Source: Lama guanicoe (taxonomy: Eukaryota). Taken from it: a stretch of 64,000 nt of DNA. The notes beneath the pieces were generated by a model. It worked only from the letters and a program-made list of their open reading frames with translations. It had not been told where the DNA came from and did no database searches. The DNA lies in assembly GCA_013239625.1 (NCBI GenBank), contig MU053994.1:4259434-4323433 (forward strand), written 5' to 3'. The translations under genes and the position numbers were made by a program. This document shows positions 1 through 12,083 of the stretch, piece after piece; positions within the stretch are counted from its first letter, which is position 1, and the number at the start of each line of letters is the position of its first letter.

Positions 1-304
1 ATCTCATGCTTTAGCTCCTTCCATTTTTACAACAGCCCTGCGAAGTGAGAATTATTTTTATAAGGGTTAATCAATTCCTTTTTCAGCCCAATTCTTTTGA
101 GTCCTGGTTTTCTTTCTTGTCAAACACAGAAAGAACTCAGAACTACTGCATTTCCTCGTTCCTTCTGTCATTTTTTTAATGCTACATCTTACCTAAGCAA
201 TGTCTTCTTCTTCATCATGTTGCTCTAAAAATAATCATTTTAAACCTCTCTTTTTATGGCATTTATCTTTCGACTGAATTCAGGATTCAGTGTGACATAG
301 CACA

Positions 305-518
305 CAGAGGTCAGCAAATATTTATGTATGAAGAGCCAGATAGTAAATACTTTAAGTTTTGCAGGCTATATGGTCTGTCTCAGTGACTCAACTCTATTGT
401 TGTAGTAGGCAAAAGCAGCGTAGATAATACACAAAGGAATGGGCAGGGCTGTGTTCCAATAAAACGTAATTTTCAGGAGCAAGAGGCCTGCCGGTGAGCC
501 TTGGCTTGCTGACCCCTG
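305..518 (-). mobile_element. MER58A-like hAT-Charlie DNA element
   Basis: Terminal inverted repeats cagaggtcagcaaa...ttgctgacccctg; internal gccagatagtaaatac and gctgtgttccaataaaac match remembered MER58A. Confidence 0.85.
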
Positions 519-594
519 AATTAAAAAAAAAAAAAAAGGAGGGTGGTAGGAGATGGGGGTTGGGCAAAAGATAGCCTCAAATAATTAATTTCTA

Positions 595-735
595 GGACCA
601 TGTTATTTGCTGTGTGGCCTTGGTAATAAAGTAATAGATAGTAAAAAGTAATAAAGAAATAAATCTTTGAAGCTTAGTTTCCTTATCTGTAAAACAGGTT
701 GATAGCTTCCTCATAAAATTATTGTGAGGATTAAA
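595..735 (+). mobile_element. MIR SINE fragment
   Basis: Core-like gctgtgtggccttgg...agtttccttatctgtaaaa...ttgtgaggattaaa. Confidence 0.7.
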
Positions 736-779
736 AGAAAGAAACAAGGACTCCTGGACTTTCCCCCCCTTTCAGTTTG

Positions 780-2800
780 ACTAACGCTGTTTGTATTCCA
801 GACACTTGTTTAAATGCTGATGGTACAGCCATAAGACAAGGCCTTTGTCTCCTGCACCATCTCTTAGAAATTCAATGGGCTTTCATCCTGCTGCAGAGGA
901 TAAAGGAAGGCTTCTTACAGGAGGCATTCAAAGTCTGTCTTGGAGGATGAGTGGAAAATTTTAGGTTGAGAAGCAAGAGAAGGATGTTCCAAGTAGAGAC
1001 AGCAGCTGGAGCAAAGAGATAAAAGCTTCGTAGATTTGCACTGTATTTCAGGAAACTGTGAAAAATGGTCCAGTATAGCTAGAGAACCTGGTGATGCGTG
1101 GTAAGGTCCATACTCATAGAGCCTGCCTGATATCCATTCCCCCTTCTTCCTTACTCACAGGTGCACGATTTTGTCCAGGGCACAAAATGTACCCATATAG
1201 AGATACTTAATCCCCCAGTATCCCTTATAACTAAAGGTGGCTGTGTGACACAATTCTAGCCAATGGGAATCTCTGGGAAAGTCTTCTTTTTCTGAATAAA
1301 TAAAATACAGTCGTATAGGAGAAGGCTATCTTCTGATGTGGAAAGTGGGTGTAACACTTGGTGATTCAGCAACCCTTTTGCAATCATGAAAACAAAAGCC
1401 CCATATCGACAGTGACAGGGCAGAAAGACAAAAGAAGCCTGTGTTCCTGGTGGCATTGTTGAGCCACTACACCAGCCCAGTGACCTATTTCCAGGCTTTT
1501 GTTACAAAAGAAAAAAAGCAATCCCATTATTTAAGCCCCTACATATTGTGTTTTCCATTCTTCACAAATGAACAAAATACTAAATGATATACAATGGAGC
1601 TGGAAATGGTAGGAAAGATGCTGAAAAAGTAGATTTGTTTCAAATTTTGAAGAGTGCCAAATGCTATATTCTGGAGTTCAGACTATCCTGTAGAGAAGTG
1701 AGAAACAGCAAAGGTTTTTAAGCAAAGGAGAGATATAAAATAATTTGTTCAATAGTAGACTATTAAGATCTAAATACAGGCCAAGTACCTTGGGAACTAC
1801 ACAGATGAAAAAACAAAACAAGGAGGCACACTCGCAAATACAATTATTATAAATAATGATGTCTTATGAAGAAAACAAATAGTTTTGCTAAGAATAGTCA
1901 GAGCATCCTACCTTATATATTGTAGGAAGTCCTCTTAGGACAAGTGACAACAGAGCTCAGACATAAAAGATGAGACTTTGGTGATGCAAACACTGAGGAA
2001 AATGGCATTCTAAGCAGAAGGCCCAGCATTTGCAAAGGCCTGAAGCAGGAAAGAGTTTAGTAGCTTCTAGGAACTGGAGTGCTTCTAGGAAGCTTCAGTG
2101 TAACTGAAGCTTATTATCCAAATTGGGAGTTGATGGTTTGAGATGAGGTTGGAGAGATATTCAGGGCTTTGTAGGCTATGACAAGGAGTTTAAATGAATA
2201 GGAAGCCGTTGAGGAGTTTGAAGCAAGTGATACGATCCAAGTCATACTCTAAAAGAGTGTTCTCGATGTGGTATAGAAAATGGATTTAAAAGGAATAAGA
2301 GTAGAACGGTACAGACCGGTGGCATTTGTTGCAGTAGTCTAGGTGAAAGATGGTGGAAGGATGATGGTGGCCTAGTCTAAGGTGGTGACCATGGGGATGG
2401 AGAAATGTGGATACTTGTGGTACACCAGCACGACTTGCTGTGCAGATTGGATGCTGGAGGTTAGGGACAAAGAGGAATTAAGGATGACTGTCTTTGAACT
2501 GAGCTTCTGGGTAGAGAGTGCTACCAATTATCGAGACAGGGATGATTGTGGGAGGGAATACATTCTGGCTGGGAAATGAGTTGTTCTGTTTTAGACATGT
2601 TAAGTTTGAGATACCTATCAGACATCCAAGTGGAAACATCAAGCAGGGCGTGTGGGACGTGTGAGTCTGAGATTGAATTCCTCTAGCTGGAGATAAAATT
2701 ATGACTCATCAGCAAAATTATGATATTTTCATCCAAGAGAATAGATGAGCTTACCTTGGAACATTATGGCGAGAAAGAGAAGAGATGAGGTCTATTTGGT
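780..2800 (-). mobile_element. L2 LINE fragments, interrupted by a MaLR LTR
   Basis: Antisense L2-type motifs such as gttttagacatgttaagtttgagatacctatcagacatccaagtgga and gcaaaggcctgaagcaggaaagag. Confidence 0.7.
1110..1591 (+). mobile_element. MaLR LTR (MLT1J/K/L-like)
   Basis: ggtggctgtgtgacacaattctagccaatg and a 3' end tttaagcccctac...ctaaatgatataca. Confidence 0.65.
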
Positions 2801-2954
2801 AGAGGTAAGAGGGGAATGGTTTTGAGAGAAGAGGGATTAGGGACAGGGAGATCAGCTCAGAAGTTAATGGATTAGTTTTGAGTGAAAGGTAAGGAAGGTC
2901 TGACCTAGAGGAAGAACAATGGGAACGGAGGAAAAGGAATGGATTTAAAAGATA

Positions 2955-3168
2955 ATTGAAATTTCAAAATGTAGACTAGATAAACAAGATTATACTGGAT
3001 AGCACAGGGAAATGTATACAAGATCTTATGGTAGCTCACAGCGGGGAAAAAAAAAATGTGACAATGGGTGTGTGTATGTTTATGTATGGCTGAGAGACTG
3101 TGCTCTGCCCTGGAATTTGACACAACATTGTAAAATGACTATAGCTCAATAAAAATGTTAAAAAAAAA
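2955..3168 (+). mobile_element. 5'-truncated L1 3'UTR fragment, lineage-specific type
   Basis: Close match to the 3'UTR of the full-length L1 at ~44380-44580 (agataaacaagatt...atagcacagggaaat...gacacaacattgtaaa); ends in aataaa plus A tail. Confidence 0.9.
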
Positions 3169-3184
3169 GAAATTGGATTATAAT

Positions 3185-3395
3185 TTCATTTACTGAAGTC
3201 TAGTTGATTTGCAGTGTTGTGTTAGTTTCTGGTGTACAGCATGGTGATTCAGCTATACATATATATATATATATATTTCATATTCTTTTTCATTATAGGT
3301 TATTATAAGCTATTGAATACAGTTTCTGGTGCTGTACTGTAGGATATTGTTGTTCATCCATTCTGTATACAGTAGTTTGTATCTACTAATCTCAA
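3185..3395 (-). mobile_element. L1 3'UTR fragment (artiodactyl type)
   Basis: tgaagtctagttgatttgcagtgttgtgttagtttctggtgtacagc is an antisense L1 3' terminus. Confidence 0.85.
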
Positions 3396-3889
3396 GACCT
3401 TATGTTCTTGCTCTAAATTGCACAGTTCTTGAGTGTGAAGGTCATTAATGGGGCAACATGAGTGTGTGTCTGAGCAAATTAATACAGAAGTTATTTGAAG
3501 TTAACAGAAATCCAAATAAATGAAATACATATGTATTACTATACACACTAGAGATAAGGAGATGAACAAAGGTGGACCTTTCATAAAGCTTTCCTAGCCT
3601 CATGGAGAGAGACCCGTGAACGGGTAGCTATAACAGAACATGGCAGGGTAAGAAGACCTGTACCAAGAAGTGTGGTGGGAATGAAGAGACACCCCTCACC
3701 TCCCATTTGTCTGTTGAACTTACTGCTCTTTGCTCCTCCAAGGTGCATAGCATTCTTGGTATCACACACTTTAAGTGTCTTCCCTGCCTGGATTATTTCT
3801 CAATCCTTTGATTCCTTGTAGGTCTCTACTGGTCCCACTCTCCTGACTCCTCCCTTCCTTCTGCTTTTTTTCGTAGAGGGGGATAATTC

Positions 3890-4095
3890 ATTTTTTTTCA
3901 TTTTTAAATTTTTAAAATGGAGTATGGTTAGTTTGCAGTGTTGTGTCAATTTCTGGTGTGCAGCATCATGTTTCAGTCGTGCATATACATACATATATTC
4001 ATTTTTATATTCTTTTTCATTATAGGTTACTGCAGGATATTGAATATAGTTCCCTGTGCTGTATAGTAGAAACTTGTTGTTTATCTAGTTTATAT
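3890..4095 (-). mobile_element. L1 3'UTR fragment
   Basis: Antisense L1 3' end (ttgaatatagttccctgtgctgtatagtag) with a T-rich tail on the left. Confidence 0.85.
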
Positions 4096-6097
4096 AAAAA
4101 AATAAAAAATAAAATAAAAGATAGTTGATAGGAAGAGTCCACAGACGGTGGATCCTGATTGGATTACAAGGGTGAGAAAGAAGTCAAAGGTAGCTCTGAG
4201 ATTCCTCTTTGCTTGGTTGACTCTATCTTGATGTTCTCAGTATGTGATACATAGAAGGAAAAGAGAGTTCCAGGGTGAGATAACACATTTGACTTGGGTG
4301 CTACCTGGGCAAACATCAGATAGGTTTAAAGCCTGGGACTGCCAAGTGATGCTTTTGAAAAATTGCCCTCATTTCACCTAAACTGAAGCAAATACTCGGG
4401 AATGGTCTGTAATTGTTTGGAAGCTGGTGGGAAGGTAGACAGCCTCCAGAATAACCATGTGGGACTTGTAGAAGTCCTCCTGAGACCAGCAAGCAGAATT
4501 TCTCATGCCTGGTATCATCCTTGGTCCATGTTGGTTGTGTCATCCATGACTGAATGTCCCTGTAGGGAACTCTGGGGAACTAGAGAGCCTTACCTTCACC
4601 CAGCAGTAATACTGTGGATCTTCTGCCTCATTTGACCCATCTCCATAGAAGCTTCATATTTCTAGATGTGTCCATTTTTGTCTTTCTGTGGATCACGTCA
4701 CTGATGCACTGTTAAATGGAATTGCTGCAAAGCCCTTGTGTCCTGATAGCTGAGTTGATAAGAAGAACTAGACAAACCACACAGGCATTAACATCAGAAT
4801 GCTAAGCTATGAAGTGCACCATCTTTGTCACAAAAGAAAAAAATATGTGACTAGAAATAAAGGAAGAAGTATTTGTCAAGTATGTCAATTGTCTCCTTGA
4901 TTCCACACAGTTTGGCATCCTGGATTGAATATTGGAAGTGGTCACAGTTATAATTTCTTGGCTGCTTCTGTTCCTTCGAGCCAAAGGGTAAAAGATACCT
5001 GAGGTATTATAGCAGAAAATGAAATTACAAAATCCAGTCTGGGTAGTAATAAAAATTGAGACCAAAGCTCTTTCTCGGCAGAAATTGGATACTTCTGGCA
5101 TTTCAGAGGCAGATGGGGGCAGGGGGAGTGAAATTAAGCAGGGGAAATTTTTTGCCTTTTCTTTTAGATTTTGTCAGGGGCAGCAGATTTTGAGAACAAT
5201 AAGAATTTAAGAAATAAGAGGTTTTAAATGTGGGAGGAGGTGGCCGCAAGGCTGATAGAATTACATAAAGCTCAGTCTTCACGAACCTTACCTGAAAAGG
5301 TGAATAGAGAATACCTGAGTCCACATTACAGTTTTAATTATGAATAACTATGCTTGAAATTTTGTGAATTAATCTTTCCTTTACTGTCAGCTCTGACCTT
5401 GGGGCTCTGCGATTCGTTCAAACTAATTGGGGTGTTTTTTTTGTTTTTAATGTGTTCAGAGATAGCCACTCAAAAATAATTTTTCTCACTGAACCAGACA
5501 CTCTTCAAGTGGAAATCACAAGTGTCTCAATGAGGTATAAACCAGCCATAGATTAAAGTGAACAAGAAGTAATTTCTTTTTGAAACTTCTGTTTGAAAGA
5601 TAAATGCTGGGTTGCAAAGAGGTTGGCCAAGAGATGTTTGTTTAAACACGACTGAAAAATAGACAGCTACGTGTCACCGATTTCAAGATGACCCAGAGTT
5701 ACTCAGTCCACTAATTGAAATGGTATTGTGACAACGCAACTGAAATGGTGAATAATTGACTTTCTAACTATAGATAGAATTTTGCTTAGGAAAAAACAAG
5801 CTTCCTAAACTAAGAAGGGGGAGGCAGGCCTCTCCAAAGTTACAAATCTTGGGGCTGGAGGAAGGGGACGGGTGTATATGTTTTCAACAATCTCAGAGCC
5901 GGGAAATAAGGATTTGACAAGTCTACACTCCCCTAATACTTTCATAAGAAATGGTAGTGAAAGGGAAATACTATAAAAATTTTATTTTCAACCCGCACAA
6001 GGTGGAGGGTGGCTCTTAAAGAGTAAGTGGATGCTACTGAGTAGAACAAACGTCAATGCGAGTTAACAGAGGGTCAGATGCTCCTGCACAGAAGGCC

Positions 6098-6725
6098 TGT
6101 ATGAGTCTGCTTGGGCTGCAGTAACAAAATACCACCGACCGGGTGGCTTAAACGACAGGCGTTTATGTTCTCACGGTTCTGGAGGCTGGAAAGTCCAAGA
6201 TCAAAGTTCTGGCTGATACAGTTTCTGATGAGAACTCTCTTCCTGGCTTGCAGACGGCCACCTTCTCTGAACTCACAGAGCCTTTCCTTAGTGTGTTCCT
6301 GTGGGGGAGGGGGAGGGGAGAGAGTACAAGCTCTCTGTTGTCTTCTTATTAAAGACACTAATCCATACATAAACAACAAGGTCTGACTGTACAGCACAGG
6401 GAACTCTAGTCAATCTCCTGTACAAACCTATAATGAAAAAGAATATGAAAAGGAATAGTATATATATATGCGTGTGTGTCTAACTGAATCACTGTGCTGT
6501 ACACCAGAAACTAACACAACATTGTAAATCAACTATACTTCAGTAAAAAATAAAATAAAATAAAAAGACAGTAATTGTAGCTGATTTGGCACCCACCCTT
6601 ATTACCAGATTTAACCTTAATTACATCCTTAAAGGCCCCATCTCCAAATACAACCACACAAGGGATTAAAGCTTCGGCATATGAATTGGGGTTGGGGGTG
6701 AGGGACACAAACCTTTGGTCTATAA
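6098..6725 (-). mobile_element. MLT1A-like MaLR LTR split by an L1 insertion
   Basis: gggctgcagtaacaaaataccac...ttctggaggctggaaagtccaagatcaa; resumes at ggccccatctccaaatacaaccaca. Confidence 0.85.
6366..6563 (+). mobile_element. L1 3'UTR fragment nested in MLT1A
   Basis: L1 3' end with (taaaa)n tail; probable TSD aaagacactaat (6351-6362) / aaagacagtaat (6564-6575). Confidence 0.85.
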
Positions 6726-7264
6726 TGTGACCCAAGAGCGCAGGTGGAGGAGCAGTCCCACTGGGAGTCTGATGGGGCAAGGCAGGGCAAGGTGGCCCAG
6801 TCCCTGTGGCGTCCCAGCCCAGACGTCTTCAGGCTGGGTGTGCTATTAAAAACAGAAGCCCCTCTTTCTACCCACCACCCACTTGACACAAAGAAGTCTG
6901 AGAGTTGGGGGGATGGGCAGCAAGCTTAGATAAGAAGATGCTCTGAGGGCCAAATTGTGGCCTGGCTGGGCCCCTCTCCCACCTCAGGGCTGACTGAGCC
7001 TGAGGCCAGGGTGTAATGGACCACCCACCTGGAAACCTGGGTTATTTTGAGAAAAACAGGGAAAAGATTGGGGCAGGACCACACAGAGCCTTCAGATAGG
7101 AGTGTTTCCACTCCTTTTGAAGATCTAAGAAGACAAGTAGAATGCAAATCTCTAAAATTGCCAGTTCCTAGGAGTCACTTGGGTGGGAGTTATCTGGCGC
7201 ACACTAAGGCCATTTCAGGGTCTGTAGGTGCTGTTAAAAAGAATACCAAGGTTAGCCTAAAAAG

Positions 7265-7451
7265 CAGGGTTTCTCACGTGCAGACATCTTGGACTAGATA
7301 GTTCTTCGCTGTGAGGGCATCCTGTGTATTGTAGGATGTTTAGCAGCATCCCTGGTGTCTATGCACTAGATGCCAGTAGCACCTCCCTCCCCCACCCCCA
7401 AGTTTGACCACTAGAAACATCTCCAGACATTGCTGATGTGGAGAACCACTG
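7265..7451 (-). mobile_element. MER20 hAT DNA element
   Basis: cagggtttctca...ttgtaggatgtttagcagcatccctgg...ctagatgccagtagcacc...gagaaccactg. Confidence 0.9.
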
Positions 7452-7847
7452 GCCCAAAGAGATGGCTGGTAATGGCTTAGTAAAGACAATTTATGCATCA
7501 CATTAAAATGATAATCATTCATACAGTTAACTGAAACACTAAATAAAGGCATAAGTCTATGATAATGCTGAAAAGGAAGATGCAAGATAATATGCCACAA
7601 GAAAAAGTCAAGCTAATGTGAGTCAGTTGATTGGTACTCAGTCTCTCACAAAAATGGGAGATATTAACAAATCGTTCAATTCAAGGAAAAGTTACAATTA
7701 ATTAATTACCTAATTGTGCAATACCATCCTTTCCCTGGCTAGTTCAAGAAGTTATTGTGGTCCGCCTGAAATATCAAACATCTCCATGCTCACTCGTCAA
7801 TGTGATTTGATATTGCAAAAATATGAAATCTTAGGTCACACTCACTC

Positions 7848-7975
7848 TCTTTTTAACTTTTCTGTTGACATAATTTCCGGCCTACAGAAAAGCTGCAAGG
7901 ATAGTACAATGAATCCCCATAAACCCTTCATCCAGATGCCCTGAATGTTAACATTTCACCACATTTGCTCTATCC
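7848..7975 (-). mobile_element. Ancient L1 (L1MC-like) 3' fragment
   Basis: tacagaaaagctgcaaggatagtaca...cccttcatccaga...tgttaacatt. Confidence 0.65.
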
Positions 7976-8699
7976 ATGCAGACTTTTAAACGAAAGACAC
8001 GGGCAGAAATACAAGTTGTTCCCAAGATGTGCAAGTTATGACCCCAAATATCGCCTCTCCCTCCCTCCCTTCACACAAACCCTGCATCAGTGGTACGGTC
8101 AGACCTCTTAAACATGTCTGCCTTCCTCACCAGACTCAGTCTTACCACCCCGGAGAGTAGCGCCTGCATTCTTTATCTTTCAATCCTTAGCCTGTTATTC
8201 AGTGCCCAGCACATTGTAAAAGTCCTCAGTGGGTGTAGAATGACTGTTTCCTTTTATCGGTTGGGTTTGCTGTTGGTTTTATTGTTTTAGCACTGGTCTG
8301 CTTCTGAATTAGATGCTCCTTTTCCTACACAGGTCTTCCAGTAAATATAGACTTTTAGGCATATAAAGCCGTAACTGAGAGTTGTAGGTTCAGAAGCTCT
8401 GAGTTTGGTGCCAGAGAAAATGTGAGCATGGGAAACAATTCTGATGCAAGAAAGAGCAAGGGTGTTGATGGTATTAAAGAAAGCCTTTAAAAACGTGGTT
8501 TGGCACGGGATAGCAAAGTTATAAAAATGTTACAGATCATTATGTGTGTGAATAGAGTAGTTCATTGCTGGTGATCTAAAAACTGAAGGTCTGGAACATT
8601 CAACAGTGCACTTTTAACCTAGTCAATACAGCTCAGATTGTGGAATGGAAGCCAGTTAGGTTCCACATGCAAATATTCAAGTATAAAAATATTGAGAAA

Positions 8700-8833
8700 G
8701 GGGAGGGTATAGCTCAAGTGGTAGAGCGCATGCTCAGCATGCATGAGGTCCCAGGTTCAATCCTCAGTACCTCCTCTAAAAGTAAATCAATAAATAAAGC
8801 TAATTATCCCCACCCGCAACTGAAAAAAAAAAA
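8700..8833 (+). mobile_element. tRNA-Ala-derived SINE (Vic-1-like, camelid)
   Basis: ggggagggtatagctcaagtggtagagcgcatg with A box and B box (ggttcaatcc), ctaatta-C-run and A tail; imperfect TSD aaaaatattgagaa / aaaaatttgagaa. Confidence 0.9.
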
Positions 8834-11800
8834 TTTGAGAAGCATAGTATGGGATCTAGCTGATGAAATCATGAGCTGAAGAAGTGACTGGAGCACAAAT
8901 AGAAATGACAGAATAAAAGAGAGCTATATCCAGCCACTGTTTTGGTAAACATCTGTTATAATTGTATCTTCCCAACATCTCTTAAAACTGCTTTTGTACG
9001 TTTGGGGAAACCCCACCTCAGGAATCCTGCCTCCTGCGTGAGCCTGCGACGTTCAAGTCTGAACTCAAATCCCCAGCATCCTTTGCAGCAAGCATGCTGT
9101 CGTGTGCTGTAGGCTCCATGACTTTGGAAATAAGCAAAAAAGGGAACAGTCTTGGTATGGAGTTTCTGTTTGTGGCAGCACAGATAGTAACCAAGGCATT
9201 TTGGCTTTAAAATGGCAGTGCGTTCTAGTGCTGCAAACTTGAGTGAGTTCCTGGTGCAGAAGTAGCCCTGTGGCTGGCAGCTGTAATGGTTGGGTTGAGT
9301 CAAATTCTTGACATTTAGTGCTTGGCTGGGGCAGCAGAAGGGGTTTTTCCTCAGGCCAGTTCTGGGATATGGTTTTGACCATTTCTCTAGGAAATAATTC
9401 TTTGAGCTAACACCTTTGTCTTTACCTGCAATCTTTTTTTTTTTTAAATAGTGGAAACCACCAAACTAGACTCTGCTGTTTGCAACTGTCGAATACAATA
9501 TTACAAATATCCCTTACTTGCTGCTTCTTCTAGGAAGCAAGGAATCAACAATTTTGAAGCTATCAATAGATAAGAGTAAATACAGCCTGGAAGAAAAGTA
9601 AATACAGAAACTCAAGTAGAATAAAAGCATTCTTGGGGAGCTCATATTTAATTTGACTCCTCAGCTCTCACCTCACATCCACTTTGAATTCATAGTGGGC
9701 CCTTCATAGAAGTCCCCCAATAACTCTGTAACACATGATTGGAAGTGGATATGTTCTCTGAGGATTTCATGGAAAGATAAAGGAGACATCTCGTGGCAGC
9801 ATCTTAAAAGGGTTCACAGTATTCCCACGAGGCATCTCTATTCCCTTCTTCAAGTCCTCATCTGGGTGACAGAAAGGATAGAAGGGGCAGATTCTGATAT
9901 CAAGAACATAGGAATTTTTAAATCATATTTTAAAAGCAGCCAAAATACCTTGAAAATATACTTTCCATGGAATGGGTACCACATACACATTCCTTTCTTT
10001 GGAAGATGTGGGCAGATCTCTCAAAACTCTGTATCAATTGTCAGGGGTGTTAACTTAAGAATATTTTCTCTTATTTTCAGTTTTTAAATGGGAGTATACA
10101 CAACAATAACTGGGGGGGGGGAATGGTGAAGGGGAAAGCAGAACTTGTCCTTTGTTGTCTCCTTTTTCAGTACATTGCCTGCGTGTGTGATGTAGGGATA
10201 GAGAAGTTACACAGATGCATTTAGGTGGCCATGGGCCAGCGTGCTTTCTGTGAATTCTGGCGTTTCTCCCAATTATTTAAAAGTTCCACACTAATAGGCT
10301 TGCCCATCACAGACTTCAGGAAGAGTGGATCCTGGTCCTTATAAGAGCCAGAGAGTGTATCTTTCCCCCTAGCTGACTGCCTCTATTTGTTTCCATTAGT
10401 GGAAATGAAAACAAATGGAATTCCTAGGTGCCCCAGGCAAAGGGATGCTGCACCCCGCACTGCTGCTGCCTGCAGACTTCTGCGCTCATTCGGAAACCTC
10501 GCCAGGAGAAGGATGCTTCTGCTACAGCTCGCCCCTTCAGAAGCACAGAGCACATTATTTTGAATTATTTCAGATGAGGAGACTCGAGGCCAATTAAAAT
10601 GCAGCACTAATATTAGCTTATTTTCAACCGAACGATAGCTTTGTAGAATAAAAGTCTCTTCAGATCTCACCACTTCCAGGCTGCTGGCTTCTGAGGCATT
10701 TAGCCGGAATTTAGCTGCTGTCTTCAGACCACCGACTCTATCTTGCTGTCTTGGGAATTTTGCATGAACGAAGGTTCTCATACATAGCTGCCGCTAATGG
10801 TTGGAATTCGTGTTTACGAAAGTTCCTTTCCTGTTTTGCAAACTCAGGCTGGGCTCTGCCGCCTTGAAAAGCCGCTTCCCCTCAGCAGATGTTCTGCCGC
10901 GCTCGCTGGCAGCATTCTTGTCTGCACTCATCTGTCTCACTCTGCTATCCACTCCCGCCACCCGAGAGAGCCTGGAATTGCGATTTCTCCCCTCCTTCCC
11001 CCATATGGCCCTCTCTGCTCGGGACCTGCCTGCTGCTTCACTCCACAAACTGGGCTCTTCGTCGCCCTCTGTATCGCAGTTATTTCTGCCTCTGTGGCTC
11101 TTCCCAGTTGGACACTAAAAGCAGTGATGACTAAAGCCTTCAGTTTTTCCTGCCTGACACCATCTCCCCATGCTTAAGCCATTTTTGTCCCAGTGGGAGA
11201 CATGACCACTATAAAAATTCAGTTGGCCATCATGACAGTCTTAGATTCATATTTGACCCTTTCCTCTCTTTTGTTTCCTTAATATTTAAAGTAATCACTA
11301 CAGACTGCAGAAACAAGTTTAATCTTTGTCACCTTATCCATGATTATCGTCACATGGCTGGTCCTGTCTCTAATCCAAGCTCTTGTATCCTCACTGATCA
11401 TCACATTTGGGACCTTAATTTAACAAATGTTTATTGGGAGCTGAGGAAACATTTACTGAGGAGTTGCTTCCTGATGTGGACTCCTTTTTCCATGTTCTTA
11501 GGCCTCTGGAGAAGAATGAAGACCACATATTTTTGTTTTACAGAGAAGAGGAAATCCAAGTGATTGTGTGACCAGACCCCTCGTGTCAAAGTGAGGGTCA
11601 AAGTTTGGAACGAGAAGAGGAGGAGCATGTGACTTAAAGAGGGAGATGATCTGAGCCAGGTCAGAGCTGTGGGACAGGTCACCCATACCTGGGCATTGGA
11701 GGAGTAAGCTTACCCTGGTCAGGCTGTGAAATTTGACAATATGTCAGTGACAATCAAGTATCTTCTTTGGTTAATAAACTGTGTCATATTCTGTGCCAAA

Positions 11801-12083
11801 CAGTGTGTGTGAGGTTGTGGGAGATACAAAGATGGAAAGATGAGGCTTCTTCCTCTACTCATGTATTGATATACTGCATGTTTCTTCTTTGACCAGGGTC
11901 TCTTCCCCCTCCAGCAGCCGCCAGCACAGATAAGCGTACAGCAGCTGCAAAAAGGGGTAGAGAGTTAAGAGGGTGAATGTGGCTCCCCAAAGTATCCACT
12001 GAAGATGTTAACACCTGGTCTGATGTCCTGTAGGATGCTAAACACCACAGTGTCTCTCCATCGCCCCCTTCCTCCATGTATCT

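Noticed and set aside
8700..8775. Possible tRNA-Ala gene (also 47854-47930)
   Set aside because: SINE tail, A run and TSD are present and there is no proper acceptor stem; these are SINE heads.
11704..11714. Palindrome gtaagcttac giving splice donors on both strands
   Set aside because: Short, expected by chance, and no matching acceptor was identified.
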